Source of the DNA: Mantamonas sphyraenae STR306
Taxonomy: Eukaryota; Protista; CRuMs
Assembly: GCA_026936335.1 (NCBI GenBank)
Contig: JAPMXV010000076.1
Location: 109,531 to 173,530, forward strand
Direction: 5' to 3'
DNA length: 64,000 nucleotides
Shown: positions 36,518 to 48,972 of the stretch, one piece after another
Numbering within the stretch: the stretch's first letter is position 1
Layout: every line of letters starts with the position of its first letter
The notes under the pieces: model-generated
Database searches by the model: none
What the model saw: the letters and a program-made list of their open reading frames with translations, nothing else
What the model was told of the DNA's origin: nothing
Program-made: the position numbers and the translations under genes

Positions 36518-37866
36518 ATGAGCGCGCTGAATATGAACGATTGGTTGGAACTGCTGCAGAGTGGGGATCACGAACGGATTTGCAGTGCACTGGAGGCGGA
36601 GGGAGAGGTGGGTTGGGACTGGAACGCGCAGGGACGTGTTTCATGTCAAGAAGTGGAAGAAGGGCAACAATGGAGTATGCGCTGACAAGCGAAGCAAAGC
36701 GGTTGTACGTTTACCCTCCCATTCTAGGTGACGATGAGGCAGCAGCGCTGGCGCAAGCACTTTGTGAGAACAGCAGCTTGCAGACGCTGAACGTCTGCGA
36801 GAACAGTATCGGGGCAGAGGGAGCAACAGCGCTGGCGCATGCACTGTGTGAGAACACGAGCTTGCAGACACTTGACCTTGGTGGCAACAGGATAGGGGCA
36901 GAAGGAGCAAAAGCACTGGCGCAAGCACTGCGCGAGAACAGCAGCTTGCAGAGACTGGACCTCGGCGAGAACAACATCGGGGCAGCAGGAGCAAGAGCAA
37001 TGGCGCAGGCATTGTGTGAGAACCGCGGCTTGCAGACACTGGACCTCTGCCACAACAGCATCGGGGCAGAAGGCGCAGCAGCCTTGGGGCAGGCATTGTG
37101 CGAGAACAGCACCTTGCAGAGACTGTACCTCGGCAGCAACAGCATTGGGGACCAGGGAGCAGCAGCACTGGGGCAAGGACTGAGTAAGAACAGCAGCTTG
37201 CAGAGGCTGAACCTCTGGAACAGTAACATTGGGGACAAAGGAGCAGCAGCCCTGGCGCAGGCACTGAGAGAGAACAGCAACTTGCAGTCTTTGTACCTCC
37301 GCAGAAACAGCATCGGGGAAGAAGGTGCAGCAGCACTGACCAAGGCAATGGAAGTCAATCGGTCGTGCTGGAACCTCCCGGGCGATTTCGATGACGCTTT
37401 GGAGTCGTTTTTACAGAGGAACAGGAAGCGTCATGCGGAGTTTGTGGAGTGTGGGGATGTGGAGAAGATGGCTGCATTGAGGGAGTGGGGTGTGCCTGTG
37501 GACACATCTGCAGAGGGGCGAGAGTATGAGAGGTCTACGGCGCTGGAGCGAGCTGTGAAGCGGGGGGACGAGAGGATTGTGGAGGCTTTGCGAACATGGG
37601 GTGCGACGCCGGGGATGGAAATGGTGGAGATGGTGAGGAAGGAAGGGTGGAGGAAGGCGTGGCATTGGATTGGATGGGATGGACAGGTGGATGAGGCGAT
37701 GGAGGTGGCGTTGGTGATGAATGGAGAGGAGAGGGAGACGATGTTTGAGTGTGGTGGGATGGAGGAGTATGTGGGGGAGGGAGGGTGGGAAGGATGGGTG
37801 ACACTGCCGGATGAGGTGATGGAGAGGGTGATTGAGTGGGTTGGGAGGGGTGCTGCACCCAGGTGA
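36518..37866 (+). CDS. LRR-ANK-F-box-like protein 5 (7 LRRs, no acidic tail); exons 36518-36607, 36700-37866
   Basis: First exon MSALNMNDWLELLQSGDHERICSALEAEGE. AAG acceptor in frame. Confidence 0.85.
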
Positions 37867-39062
37867 GACGAGAAGCGTTCGGGGTGTCTGTGGGACGAGG
37901 GATGTGTGGGTGAAGGGGGCTGCGGAGTCGGGAGGTTGGCGCAGGAGGGAGTGTGATGGGTGGTGGGAAGCAGGGTGGATTGCTGGTCGAGGAATGGTGT
38001 GTCCACTTGTGTGGGACCATTTGGGAAGGGGTTGATCCTGGCGTGGACTTGTGGGCCATCACGGGGAGTGGAGACAAGGTGGAGGAGACGAGTTCCCGGG
38101 AACGCCGGTGGCAGGCCAACGCCGTCGTCGCCCAGGAGGCATTGGGGTCAAGGATGGGCACAGGATTGGGATGTTGAAGGCAAGTTGGACACCATCGGGG
38201 AAGGGAGGATGGTAAGGGAGGAGGTGTTTGGTCGACGCGGGCAGTCTGTGTTTGCCAAGGTGGGCAAAGGGGTATTTGGAGGACACCAAGGTGATTTTCG
38301 GGGGATCATAGTCCCGGTGTCGACAGTGGGAATGCACAAGGCTGATGCGGTGTGCTCTCGTGCGATAACTCGATGGTCGGGAAGGAGCAACCGGAGCTGG
38401 TTGTGTGGTTGAGTGGGAGTTGGAGTTGAGCGCAGGGACGGAAGGGGAGATCGACATGGGAGGACGCTGTGGAGAGGAACGAAGGCAGCGGCTGGGATGC
38501 ACACTTTGAGACTGGCAGAGGGGCTCTGTGGTTGCGAGAGAGTGGGCATGCACAGGACAGGCAGGCAAGGAGGAGGAGGACCTGTGTATGGGAAGAGTGT
38601 GGTGGAGGACGGATCCGCAGGGCAGGTGGTCGTTGTGGAGAGATACCATCAATACATTGCGTGTGTGACTACTGTGTGTCGGGTTGTGCGTCCAGTTGGG
38701 CGAGGGAGACGACGGGTGTGTGGATGGCCACATGGAAGGATATCGCATCGAACTGGTGCATGGTGGGGTTGGTTGCCTGCTAGGCGGGTGGTCACTTCAG
38801 GGGCTGGGTGGGACGCACGCAAACCATGCACAGTTGGGGAGAGAGGGACCTGCAGAGGCATGGGCAGAGAGTCGGCTTGCGCAACAGCATGCAACGCATC
38901 TTGGAACAGTCACATTGTAAAGGAAATCTCAGGGTAGGTGGGTTGGATGGATGGACAATGCGCGGGATGAACTGTGGCCGTGGAGAGGGGAGAGGAGGGG
39001 AAGGCGGCAGCCACAGCTGCAGGCGCGCTCACACTCACACTCACAAAGGCAGGGCAGACACA

Positions 39063-40740
39063 ATGAGCTCAATGGATGCGGATGACTGGTGTGCCTTGCT
39101 GCGTGATGGGGATCATGCACGGGTGTGTGCTGCACTGGAGGCAGAGGAAAAGGTGGGCTGGGACGGGACGAACGCAGGTTGACGCTTGGTACGTCAAGAA
39201 GCGATGGTGGCAAAGGGTACCAACGGGGTGAGTGCTTACACGCGGGGCACAGGAGTTGGTTATTTATGGCAAGATGCTGGGAGGCCAAGAGGCAGCAACA
39301 CTGGCCATGGCGCTGGGGAAGAACAAGAGCCTGCAGACTCTGGTCCTCAGCCGCAACAGTATTGGGGCCAAAGGAGCAGCAGCACTCGCGGAGGCACTGA
39401 GCGAGAACGACAGCTTGCAGACCCTTGTCTTGGGCAACAACATGATCGGGGCAGAAGGAGCAGCGGTAATGGCGCAGACGCTGTGTGTGAACAGAGGCCT
39501 TCTGGTGCTGAACGTCAGCCAGAACAGAATGCAGGACAAGGGAGCAATGGCATTGGCCAAGGCGTTGGGTGAGAACAGTAGCTTGCAGAAGCTGAATCTC
39601 AGCTTCAACAGCATCGGGGACAAAGGAGCAATAGCACTGGGGCAGGCACTGAGCGAGAACAGCAACTTGCAAACTCTGGAGCTCGGGAACAACGGTATTG
39701 GGGCAGAAGGAGCAGCAGCATTTGCGCAGGGACTGAAGGTGAACAGCTGCTTACAGAAGTTGGACCTCGAGAGGAACAACATTGGGGCAGAAGGAACAGC
39801 AACGCTGGCGCAGGCTCTGAAGGAAAACAGCAACGTGCAGGAACTGAACCTCAGCAGGAACAGCCTCGGGGCAGAAGGAGCAGCAGCAATGGCACAGGCA
39901 TTGGGTGAGAACAGTACCTTGCAGAATCTGGACCTCAGCGGCAATGTAATCGATGTGGAAGGAGCAGAAGCGCTGGCGCAGGCACTGAGGAAGAACAGCA
40001 GCTTGCGGACTCTGGACCTCCAGTCCAACCGGATCGGGGCAGAAGGAGCAGCAGCATTGGCCAAGGCATTGGGTGAGAACAACAGCCTGCAGACACTGGA
40101 CCTCCACATCAACCAGGTCGGGGCAGAAGGATCAGCCGCCCTGGTCAAGGCCTTGCGTGAGAACAGCAGCTTGCAGACACTGTTCCTCGGCTGGAACAGC
40201 ATCGAGGACGAAGAAGCAGCAGCGCTGTCAAGGGCCATGGAAGTCAATCGGTCGTGCTGGAACATCAAAAGGATTGACAATGACGCGTTGAAGTCGCTGT
40301 TGAATCGGAACAGGAAACAGCATGTGGAGTTTGCGGAGTGTGGGGATGTGGAGACGATGAGAGAGTTGAGGGAGTGGGGTGTGCCTGTGGATACGTTTGC
40401 AGGGGGTGGGGGCGGTGAAACTGCGCTGCAGAGAGCCGTGAAGCGAGGGGATGAACGGATTGTGGAGGTGTTGCGGGCATGGGGTGCGAAGCCGAGGATT
40501 GAAACGGTGGCGATGGTGAGGAAGGAAGGGTGGAGGAAGGCGTGGCATTGGATTGGGTGGGCTGGACGGGTGGATGAGGCGATGGAGGTGGCGTTGGTGA
40601 TGAACGGGGAGGAGAGGGAGGCGATGTTTGCGTGTGGAGGGATGGAGGAGTATGTGGATGAGGGAGGGTGGGGAGGGTGGGTGACATTGCCAGATGAGGT
40701 GATGGAGAGGGTGGTTGAGTGGTTGGGGAGGGGAAGGTGA
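39063..40740 (+). CDS. LRR-ANK-F-box-like protein 6 (11 LRRs, no tail); exons 39063-39152, 39253-40740
   Basis: First exon MSSMDADDWCALLRDGDHARVCAALEAEEK. CAG acceptor in frame. Confidence 0.88.
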
Positions 40741-42880
40741 TGATGGCGTGGCGGAAGGAAGAGCTGACGGGGACAGGGAGGAGAAGGCGAGTTGCTTGAG
40801 TGTGTGGTTGTGTGGTTGTGAGGGAAAGGGGCAAGGAATGAAGCAGCAGCATGAGGAGTAAAAGGCGGTGCTACACACGCGTGTTTGTTGTTCACCACGA
40901 GTACAGACAGGAGAGTCCCAGTAACTGCGTTCCGGGCACAACCGGCGAGTCCTCTTGCTTGGTAGTATCGTCACTGCACATGCAAAGCAGGTTCCTCATT
41001 TGGACACCCACACACCATGCGCGGTCACTCGTGTTCCATGGCGGGATTGTCCTCTTCTGAGTCTGCCCTCCACCGTCCTCCGTCCCCGTTGTTGGGTGAG
41101 GGAGGGTCGTTGGGATGGGATGGGGGGTTACCCACCCTCCACCATGCCCCTTCCACGTACCCAGTCCCATTTTCTTCGTTGTCATTGTCGTTGTGTTGTC
41201 GTTGCAACTTGGCGCGTTGCACGTCGACGTGGCCTCCACCTGCCTGCTGCTACGGTTGTCTCCCCCTTTCATCCTCCAACCAGCGCCTCCATGCTGCGTC
41301 CGCTTCTGGCTTGCCAAAGCCCATGGCCGATGGACACTGGAACGGACCCACAGAACACGTCCCCCGGGGGAGAGGGGGGGTTCCTGGAGACGCGCCCACA
41401 CTCCTACGCACTGCTCCACACACACTCGCACCCTCCTCACGTCCACCACGCAAACACCCTGTGTTTCTCTTCATGGGTGGATCCACACGTTCTGCGGTTT
41501 GTCCATCCCTTTGTTCTCCCTCTGCGGCGACTTCTCTCTCCTTGGGTCGGGGCGAGCAGCGCCTTTTTCACGCGCGTACTTTCCGCGTGTCACACACACG
41601 CCTGTGCGTGCGTGGCTTCCCTTTGGCTTCGGACTGGGTTGACCTATCTTTGTCCCAACTGATCATGAGGTTGTTCTCGCGGGCGTGCGAGTTGTGTCTG
41701 CAGCCACAGAGGCGACGTGAGGGTGCGTCTGAAGCGCGAGAACACGCTGGAGCGCACGGGCCGCCAAAAGCGTGACGTGTGCCACGGAGGACATACGAGG
41801 CACGACTGGGGATGGTGCCACAGGCCCCTCAGACGTGGGATTGGTGCATCTGTCCGGTTCCAAGGTGTGCTAAGGCGCCCATGGTGTTGAACGTGGCCTC
41901 GGTTGCCGGTCGTGTCGACGGGCGCCTTGGTCGCCGTCTGCCAGAATCCCATCACAGAGGCAGGGAGGACATTCGAACCGACTTTGACGACAGTACGCCA
42001 CCGCACATGTGTTGGTGCATGTGTTGGTGCAACGTCATTCTCACTACTGTTCCACGATGTTGGAGGGAGGGCAGGAACTCTGGTGGGTGCAAAGGCGCAA
42101 CTCGGCGGGTGGGTGTGTGCATGTGTCCCCAGGACCACAACTTCAGTGTGGGTGCACACACATACACGGGTATCCCAATGGACGAAGCTGGTGATGTGCG
42201 TTCCCATCTGCGACTCCGGCTTGGTCGGGGTGGAAGAACACCTCGCTTTTTGGACCCACCTGTGGATGATTGAGAACGTGTGGGCGGCAGAGGCGCCACC
42301 AGTGGGGTCGTGACGGATGAACGGGTCATGCAAGGCGGTGCTTTGGTCTCTGTTGAGTCTCACGTACAGCTACGGGATTTTCCTGACTCGAAGAGGTGGA
42401 GAAAAAAGAACGCCGTTCACATTTTGGGAACGGATGATGGACCCCGAACATTCTGAGTCAACCCGAAGGTAGCAGCCAAAAGCGCAACTCAACGGAGGAG
42501 GAGGACCAACGTGTCAGACAAGAATTTTCTGCCTAGTCTATCACGTGTGTCATGGGTGACATGGTGGACATGGATGTACAGAGGGGGATGCAGGATTCCC
42601 AGAGGAGTGGGAGTTGGGCGTGTGCAGCGTACGAGGAGAGGATATTGGGCGGGAGAAACGGAGCGTGGCGGTGAAGGCGCGGAACGACGCAACGCATCTT
42701 GGAATTGGTGGCATCGAACAGGAATATCTCAGGGTAAGTGAGGTGGCTGGGTGGAGAACACACGGGTGGTGGGCTGTTGAGGGGAGGAATGGAAGGGGGG
42801 CGGTCGCTGTGGGAGGGAGAGTGGGCGGGTGGTGCCCACGACGCTCACAACGTCCACACAGACACAGATTGGGCACACAG

Positions 42881-44413
42881 ATGTTTACCGATTGGATTGA
42901 TCTGCTGAAGAACGGGGACCATGCGCAGATCTGTAGTGCACTGGAGGCACGGGGACAGGTAGGCTGGACCGGAACGCAAAGAGAGAGCGGGAGGGACGTG
43001 TGGCTCGTGGGTGAAGGGCAACAGTGGAGTGTGTGCTGACATGGCATACATGGGGTACAAAAGCTGCGTATTAGTCACCAGCAGTTAGAAGACAATGTGG
43101 CAGTAGCGCTGGCCAAGGCGCTGGGGAAGAACAGCAGCCTACGGTCGCTTCGCCTCGAGAACAACAACATCGGGGCAGAAGGAGCACCAGCACTGGGGCA
43201 GGCACTGAGTGAAAACAGCAGCTTGCAGACACTGTACCTCATGAACAACGGCATCGGGGACGAGGGAGCAGCAGCACTGGCGCAGGCACTGAGAGTCAAC
43301 AACACCTTGCAAACTTTGGATCTCAGCATCAACGGGATCGAGGCAGAAGGAGCTGCAGCACTGGCGCAGGCACTGAGTGAGAACAGTAGATTGAAGGAAC
43401 TGGTGCTTGGTCACAACAGCATCGGTGACAAAGGTGTATCAGCTCTGGCACAGGCACTGAGAGAGAACAGTAGCCTGCAGAGGCTGAACCTTTGCGACAA
43501 CAGGATCGAGGACGAAGGAGCAGCAGCACTGGGGGAGGCACTGAGCGCAAACAGCAGCTTGCAGACACTGGAACTCAGAAGCAACAGCATCGGGGCAGAA
43601 GGAGCAGCAGCACTGGCGCAGGGACTGAAGGGGAACCGCAGCTTGCAGTTACTTGACCTCGGACAGAACGACGTTGGAGCACAAGGAGCAGCGGCCATGG
43701 CACACGTTCTGGGTGCAAACGGCAGCTTGCAGACTCTGGACCTCTGGAACAACAACATTGGGGATCGGGGAGCTGAAGCACTGGCTAAGGGTCTAAATGA
43801 TAACAGCAGCTTGCAGATGCTGGACCTCGATGACAACAGCATATGGGAAGAAGGGGCCGCTGCTCTGGCCATGGCAATGGAAAGAAATCGGGCTTGCTGG
43901 AAAATCAAAGGCGTCAACGCTGAAGCGCTGCAGCGGTTGTTCAAGAGGAACCAGAAGCAACATGAGGTATTTGTGGAGTGTGGAGATGTGGAGAAGATGA
44001 GAGAGTTGAGGGAGTGGGGTGTACCCGTGAACACGTTTGCGGGGAAAAGAGGGACGAAGACTGCGCTGCAGCGAGCAGTGAAGGGTGGGGACGAGAGGAT
44101 TGTGGAGGTGTTGCGAGCGTGGGGCGCAAAGCCGAGGATGGAAACGGTGGAAATGGTGAGGGAGGAAGGGTGGAGGAAGGCGTGGCATTGGATTGGATGG
44201 GTTGGACAGGTGGATGAGGCAATGGAAGTGGCGTTGGTGATGAACGGGGAGGAGAGGGAGGCAATGTTTGAGTGTGGAGGGATGGAGGAGTATGTGGAGG
44301 TGGGAGGGTGGGAAGGGTGGGTGACACTGCCAGATGAGGTGATGGAGAGGGTGATTGGGTGGGTGGGGAGGGGTGCTGCACCCAGGCGAGGCGAGGAAGC
44401 AAGAGGGAGATGA
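42881..44413 (+). CDS. LRR-ANK-F-box-like protein 7 (9 LRRs; tail frameshifted); exons 42881-42958, 43064-44413
   Basis: First exon MFTDWIDLLKNGDHAQICSALEARGQ. AAG acceptor in frame. Confidence 0.85.
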
Positions 44414-47101
44414 GGCTGAAGAGGAGGAGAAAGGAGAGATGGAGAAAAGGCAACATGTGGAGGAGTGACGATTGGGGTGTGATCCGCAGGAGGAATGGAC
44501 GTTCCTTTGAAGCAGGAAGGAGGGTGACTTGGTGGGTTTGGAGGAAAGGGAGGGTGAGGGGATAGCCAGGGAGCGAGTGTCGCATGTGGGGGCAACCATG
44601 GCAACGATTGTGTCGATGCGAGATGTGGGGACACGGCACAGGCGTGTGAAGGGGCGGAAGAAGAGGACGAGGAGCTTCAGATGGCGCAGTGAGTGGCAAG
44701 TGAATGCAGTGCATGGCCATGTTCACTGCCTGTGTGATGGAGGTGTTGATTGGGTAAACATTGCACAGTGGCACTTTGTGTACAATGCGGGAATAGAGAC
44801 GGGAGGCTGGGTCGCGGGGACGGTGCAGCGAACGGAGAGGAAGCACGGGCTGAACACATCGATGCGCTGTCCAACCGTCCATTGATGCATACGCGATCAT
44901 GCAGAGTGGAGCTGGTATTGACCACAGTGGACCCATGATGTGTGAAAAGGGGCGCATGGGGCGTGGTGGAGGGTGTTTGTTGGCGGGAAGGAATATGGCG
45001 CGTGGAGGCGCCGTAGTCAGCAAGGTGTCACTGTGTCTCTGGGGACATGGCAGTGGACAGGGTGATCAGCCCAGGCTGGAGTGCTTTTGTAAAGTGGGCA
45101 ACGCCCCGTTTGGCAGTGGGTGCACAGGGGGTTGGTTGTGTGCAAGGTGGCCAACGGGAACCAGGAGGCGGTGGTTCTTGGGTGCGTGTTGCACCCACTG
45201 TGTGCGCTTGAGGCGTACCAAGGTACTGAGGAAACACACACACACTGTGGTGGTGGATACAAGCAGTGGGATTGGGATGCCATGGGAGGGTGCATGGTGG
45301 TTGTGGTGGATGGGCGGCCAACGTCGGGGTGGAGGCAAGAACCGTGGCCGAGGACGCACGTTTGTCGACGCTCATTGTCAGAGGGTGTCCACAATGGTTT
45401 GCAATGGCTGCTCGGGATGCATCTGATGGACTGGAGACCAGGGCATGCTGCCTGTGGATGCAGGTGTGAGTGAGTGAGGGTGTCGATACTGGTGAAGGGC
45501 GGTTTACTGCAAAGCAAGGGCAACAACGACCACACCAACGGGGATGGAGGTTGACATGGCCATGGCCATCCCATTGTGAACCCATTCTGGTGCACACTGG
45601 TGTTTGTGGGCAAGGAAGAGGGGGTCGGGGTGTCTGTGGGACGGGGGATGTGTGGTTGGAGGGGGCTGTGGAGTCAAGTGGTTGGCGCAGGAGGGAGTGT
45701 GACGGGTGGTGGGAAGCAGGGTGGGTTGCTGGTCGAGGAATGGTGTGTGCACTTGTGTGGGACCATTTGGGAGGAGGTGATCCTGGGGTGGACTTGTGGG
45801 CCATCACGGGGAGTGGAGACAAGGTGGAGGAGAGGAGTTCCCGGGAACTCGAGTGGCAGGCCAACGCCATCGTCGCCCAGGAGGCATTGGGGTCAAGGAT
45901 GGGCACAGGATTGGGAGGTTGAAGGCAAGTTGGACACCAGCGGGGAAGGGAGGATGGTACGGGAGGAGGTGTTTGGTCGACGCGGGCAGTCTGTGTTTGC
46001 CAAGGTGGGCAAAGGGGTGTTTGGAGGAGACATGGAAGGGTGGATGAGTGAGACGACGAAGCACGGTGGGTGACATGTGCACTGCTACGGTGGGCGACTG
46101 TCGGTCGATTCGGCGTTGTGTCGTGAACGTGTGCGTGTGTGCGTGAACGTGTTGGTGACGCCGTCCGCAGACGTGTGTTCAGGCCTATCGTCACATGAAA
46201 CCGGGTTGGTCCACGCCACCACACATCATCCATGGAGAGATCGTGGTGTCCATGGTGTGTGCTATGACGGGGTGTGCATCGTGGTGGGCAGAACCACAGC
46301 TCCTCCTCCCGTGCCTTGGTTGCACCCGATTGGACAGAAAGAAGGAGAAGGAGAGGAGAAGGGACTTAACAGGAGCTGCAAGGGAGGGGAGGGGTTGACA
46401 TTAAACTTGGTGTGAGGGTGATGAGAAGCGCATCCACAGCTGGTTGGTTGCCTCTGCGCGTGGTGTGGTGGGTGTGACTGCAGTCGATGTCGTGGGTGAA
46501 CGTGGGTGAAGTGTCCTGCCCATGTCGGATGGGCGGGATCGGGGAACCATTCAAGTGTGTTGCAGCAGCCTCTGGGGTGGGAAAGGGCGCTTGTCAAGGC
46601 AGGACAAACACAGAACAAGCGACGCAACGAGATGGACAGCCACGGTGGGTTGACGACATAGTGGGTGTCTCGGTTTTGCCAATGGTGGTTGCTGGATGCG
46701 CTGGGGCTGCGTGCAACCGCTTTTCCGTTTAGGCGGGACGAAGGAAGCCGGTTGGCGCCAAAGGACAAAGTGGCGAACGCACTCGCGCTGCCCCGTACGC
46801 ACCACAGCAGGCCAAGCGTCGGCGGTCCATCCAGTGCCTTGCTGTGCGATGCGTATGACGACGCATCGGGCAGTCAGCAAACAATGGGACGTCGGGGCAG
46901 GGAGGAAGGGACTTGGGGGTGCAGGAGACACTTGGCAAGCGCAGCAGCAGCATGCAACGCGTCTGACAACCCGTACATCCTCACAGAATCAGAATCAGAA
47001 GGTAGGTATATTGGATGGATGAAGGAGTGGAGGAGGAAGGCGCCGGCAGAAGAGTGAGGTATGGCTGGTGCGCACACGCTCACAACAGGCAAGCAGACGA
47101 A

Positions 47102-48972
47102 ATGAACGCGCTGGAAATGGATGAATGGGTCGAACTGCAGCAGACTAGGGATCAAGAACGGATTTGCAGTGCGCTGGAGGCAATGGGAGAGGTGGGTTGG
47201 AACTGGGTCGCAGAGGGATGTTTGTCGCGTCAGGAAACCAGTGGAGGGGATCAGTGCATAGTTTGCTGACGCGTGTGGCACAGAACACAAGCTTGCAGAC
47301 GCTGGAACTCAGCAGCAGCAACATCAGGGACAATGGTGCAGCAGCACTGGCGCAGGCTCTGAGTTTGAACAGCAGCTTGCAGACACTGAATCTCTACAAC
47401 AATTGGATCGAAGCAGAAGGCGCAGCAGCACTGGCGCGGGCACTGAGTGCGAACAGCAGCTTGCAGACGCTGGACCTCAGAAACAACAGGATCAGGGACA
47501 ATGGTGCAGCAGCACTGGCGCGGGCACTGGGTGCGAACAGCAGCTTGCAGACACTGGACCTCGAAAACAACAGCATCGGGGACGAAGGAGCAGCAGCACT
47601 GGGGCAGGGAATGAGTGAGAACAGCAGCGTGCAGACGCTACTCCTCGGGAACAACCTCATCGGGGCAGAAGGCGCAGCAGCACTGGCGCAGGGGTTGAGT
47701 ACGAATAGCAGCTTGCAGACACTAACCTTCGGCTTCAACAAGATCAGGGATGAAGGAGCAGCAGCCCTGGCGCAGGCACTGAGTGAGAACACCAGCGTAC
47801 GGACTCTGGACCTCAGGCTCAACAGCATCGGGGCAGATGGAGCAGCTGCACTAGGGCAGGCGCTGAGTGAGAACAGCAGCTTGCAGACACTGACCCTCTT
47901 AGGCAACATCATCGAGGCCGAAGGTGCAACGGCACTGGCCAAGGCACTTTGTGTGAACAGCAGCTTGCAAAAACTGGACCTCGCAGACAACAGCATCGGG
48001 GCAGAGGGAGCAGCAGCACTGGCACAGGCACTGAGTGAGAACAACAGCTTGAAGACACTGAACCTCAGCCGCAACGGTATGGGGGGAAAAGGTGCAGCAG
48101 CACTGGCGCAGGCACTGCTTGAGAACAGCAGCTTGCAGACACTGGACCTCAGGTGCAACAGGGTCGGCGACGAAGGAGCAACAGCACTGGCGCAGGCACT
48201 GAGTGAGAGCGGCAGCTTGCAGACGCTGACGCTCGACTTCAACAACATCGGGGACAATGGTGCAGCAGCACTGGCGCGGGCACTGAATGGGAACTGTAGC
48301 CTGCAGTCACTGGTCCTCGGAAACAACAGCATCGGGGACGAAGGAGCAGCAGCCCTGGCCATGGCAATGGAAGGCAATCTTTCCTGCTGGAACATCGAAG
48401 GCGTCCGCAATGACATTTTGGAGTCGCTTTTGAAGAGGAACAGGAAGCAACATGTGGAGTTTGTGGAGTGTGGGGATGTGGAGAAAATGGCTGCGTTGAG
48501 GGAGTGGGGTGTGCCTGTGGACACGTTTGCAGGGGATGAAGGTGAGGAGACGGCGCTGGAGAGAGCAGTGAAGCGAGGGGATGAGAGGATTGTGGAGGTG
48601 TTGCGGGCGTGGGGAGCGACACCGAGGATGGAGACAGTGGCGATGGTGAGGAAGGCAGGATGGAGGAAGGCGTGGCATTGGATTGGATGGGGTGGACAGG
48701 TGGAGGAGGCGATGGAGGTGGCATTGGTGATGAATGGGGAGGAGAGGGAGGCGATGTTTGCGTGTGGAGGGATGGAGGAGTATTTGGAGGAGAGAGGGTG
48801 GGAAGGGTGGGTGACACTGCCAGATGAGGTGATGGAGAGGGTGATTGGGTGGGTGGGGAGGGGTGCTGCACCGGCAAGGGTCGCTGTGGGGAGGTCAGGG
48901 GAGACGAGGAAGCGAGAGAGGGATGAGGAGGAAGGAGAGGTGGAAAAGAGGCAACGTGTGGAGGAGGAGTGA
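47102..48972 (+). CDS. LRR-ANK-F-box-like protein 8 (13 LRRs); exons 47102-47191, 47284-48972
   Basis: Same intron. Lacks the divergent N-cap repeat seen in the others. KRQRVEEE tail. Confidence 0.88.
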
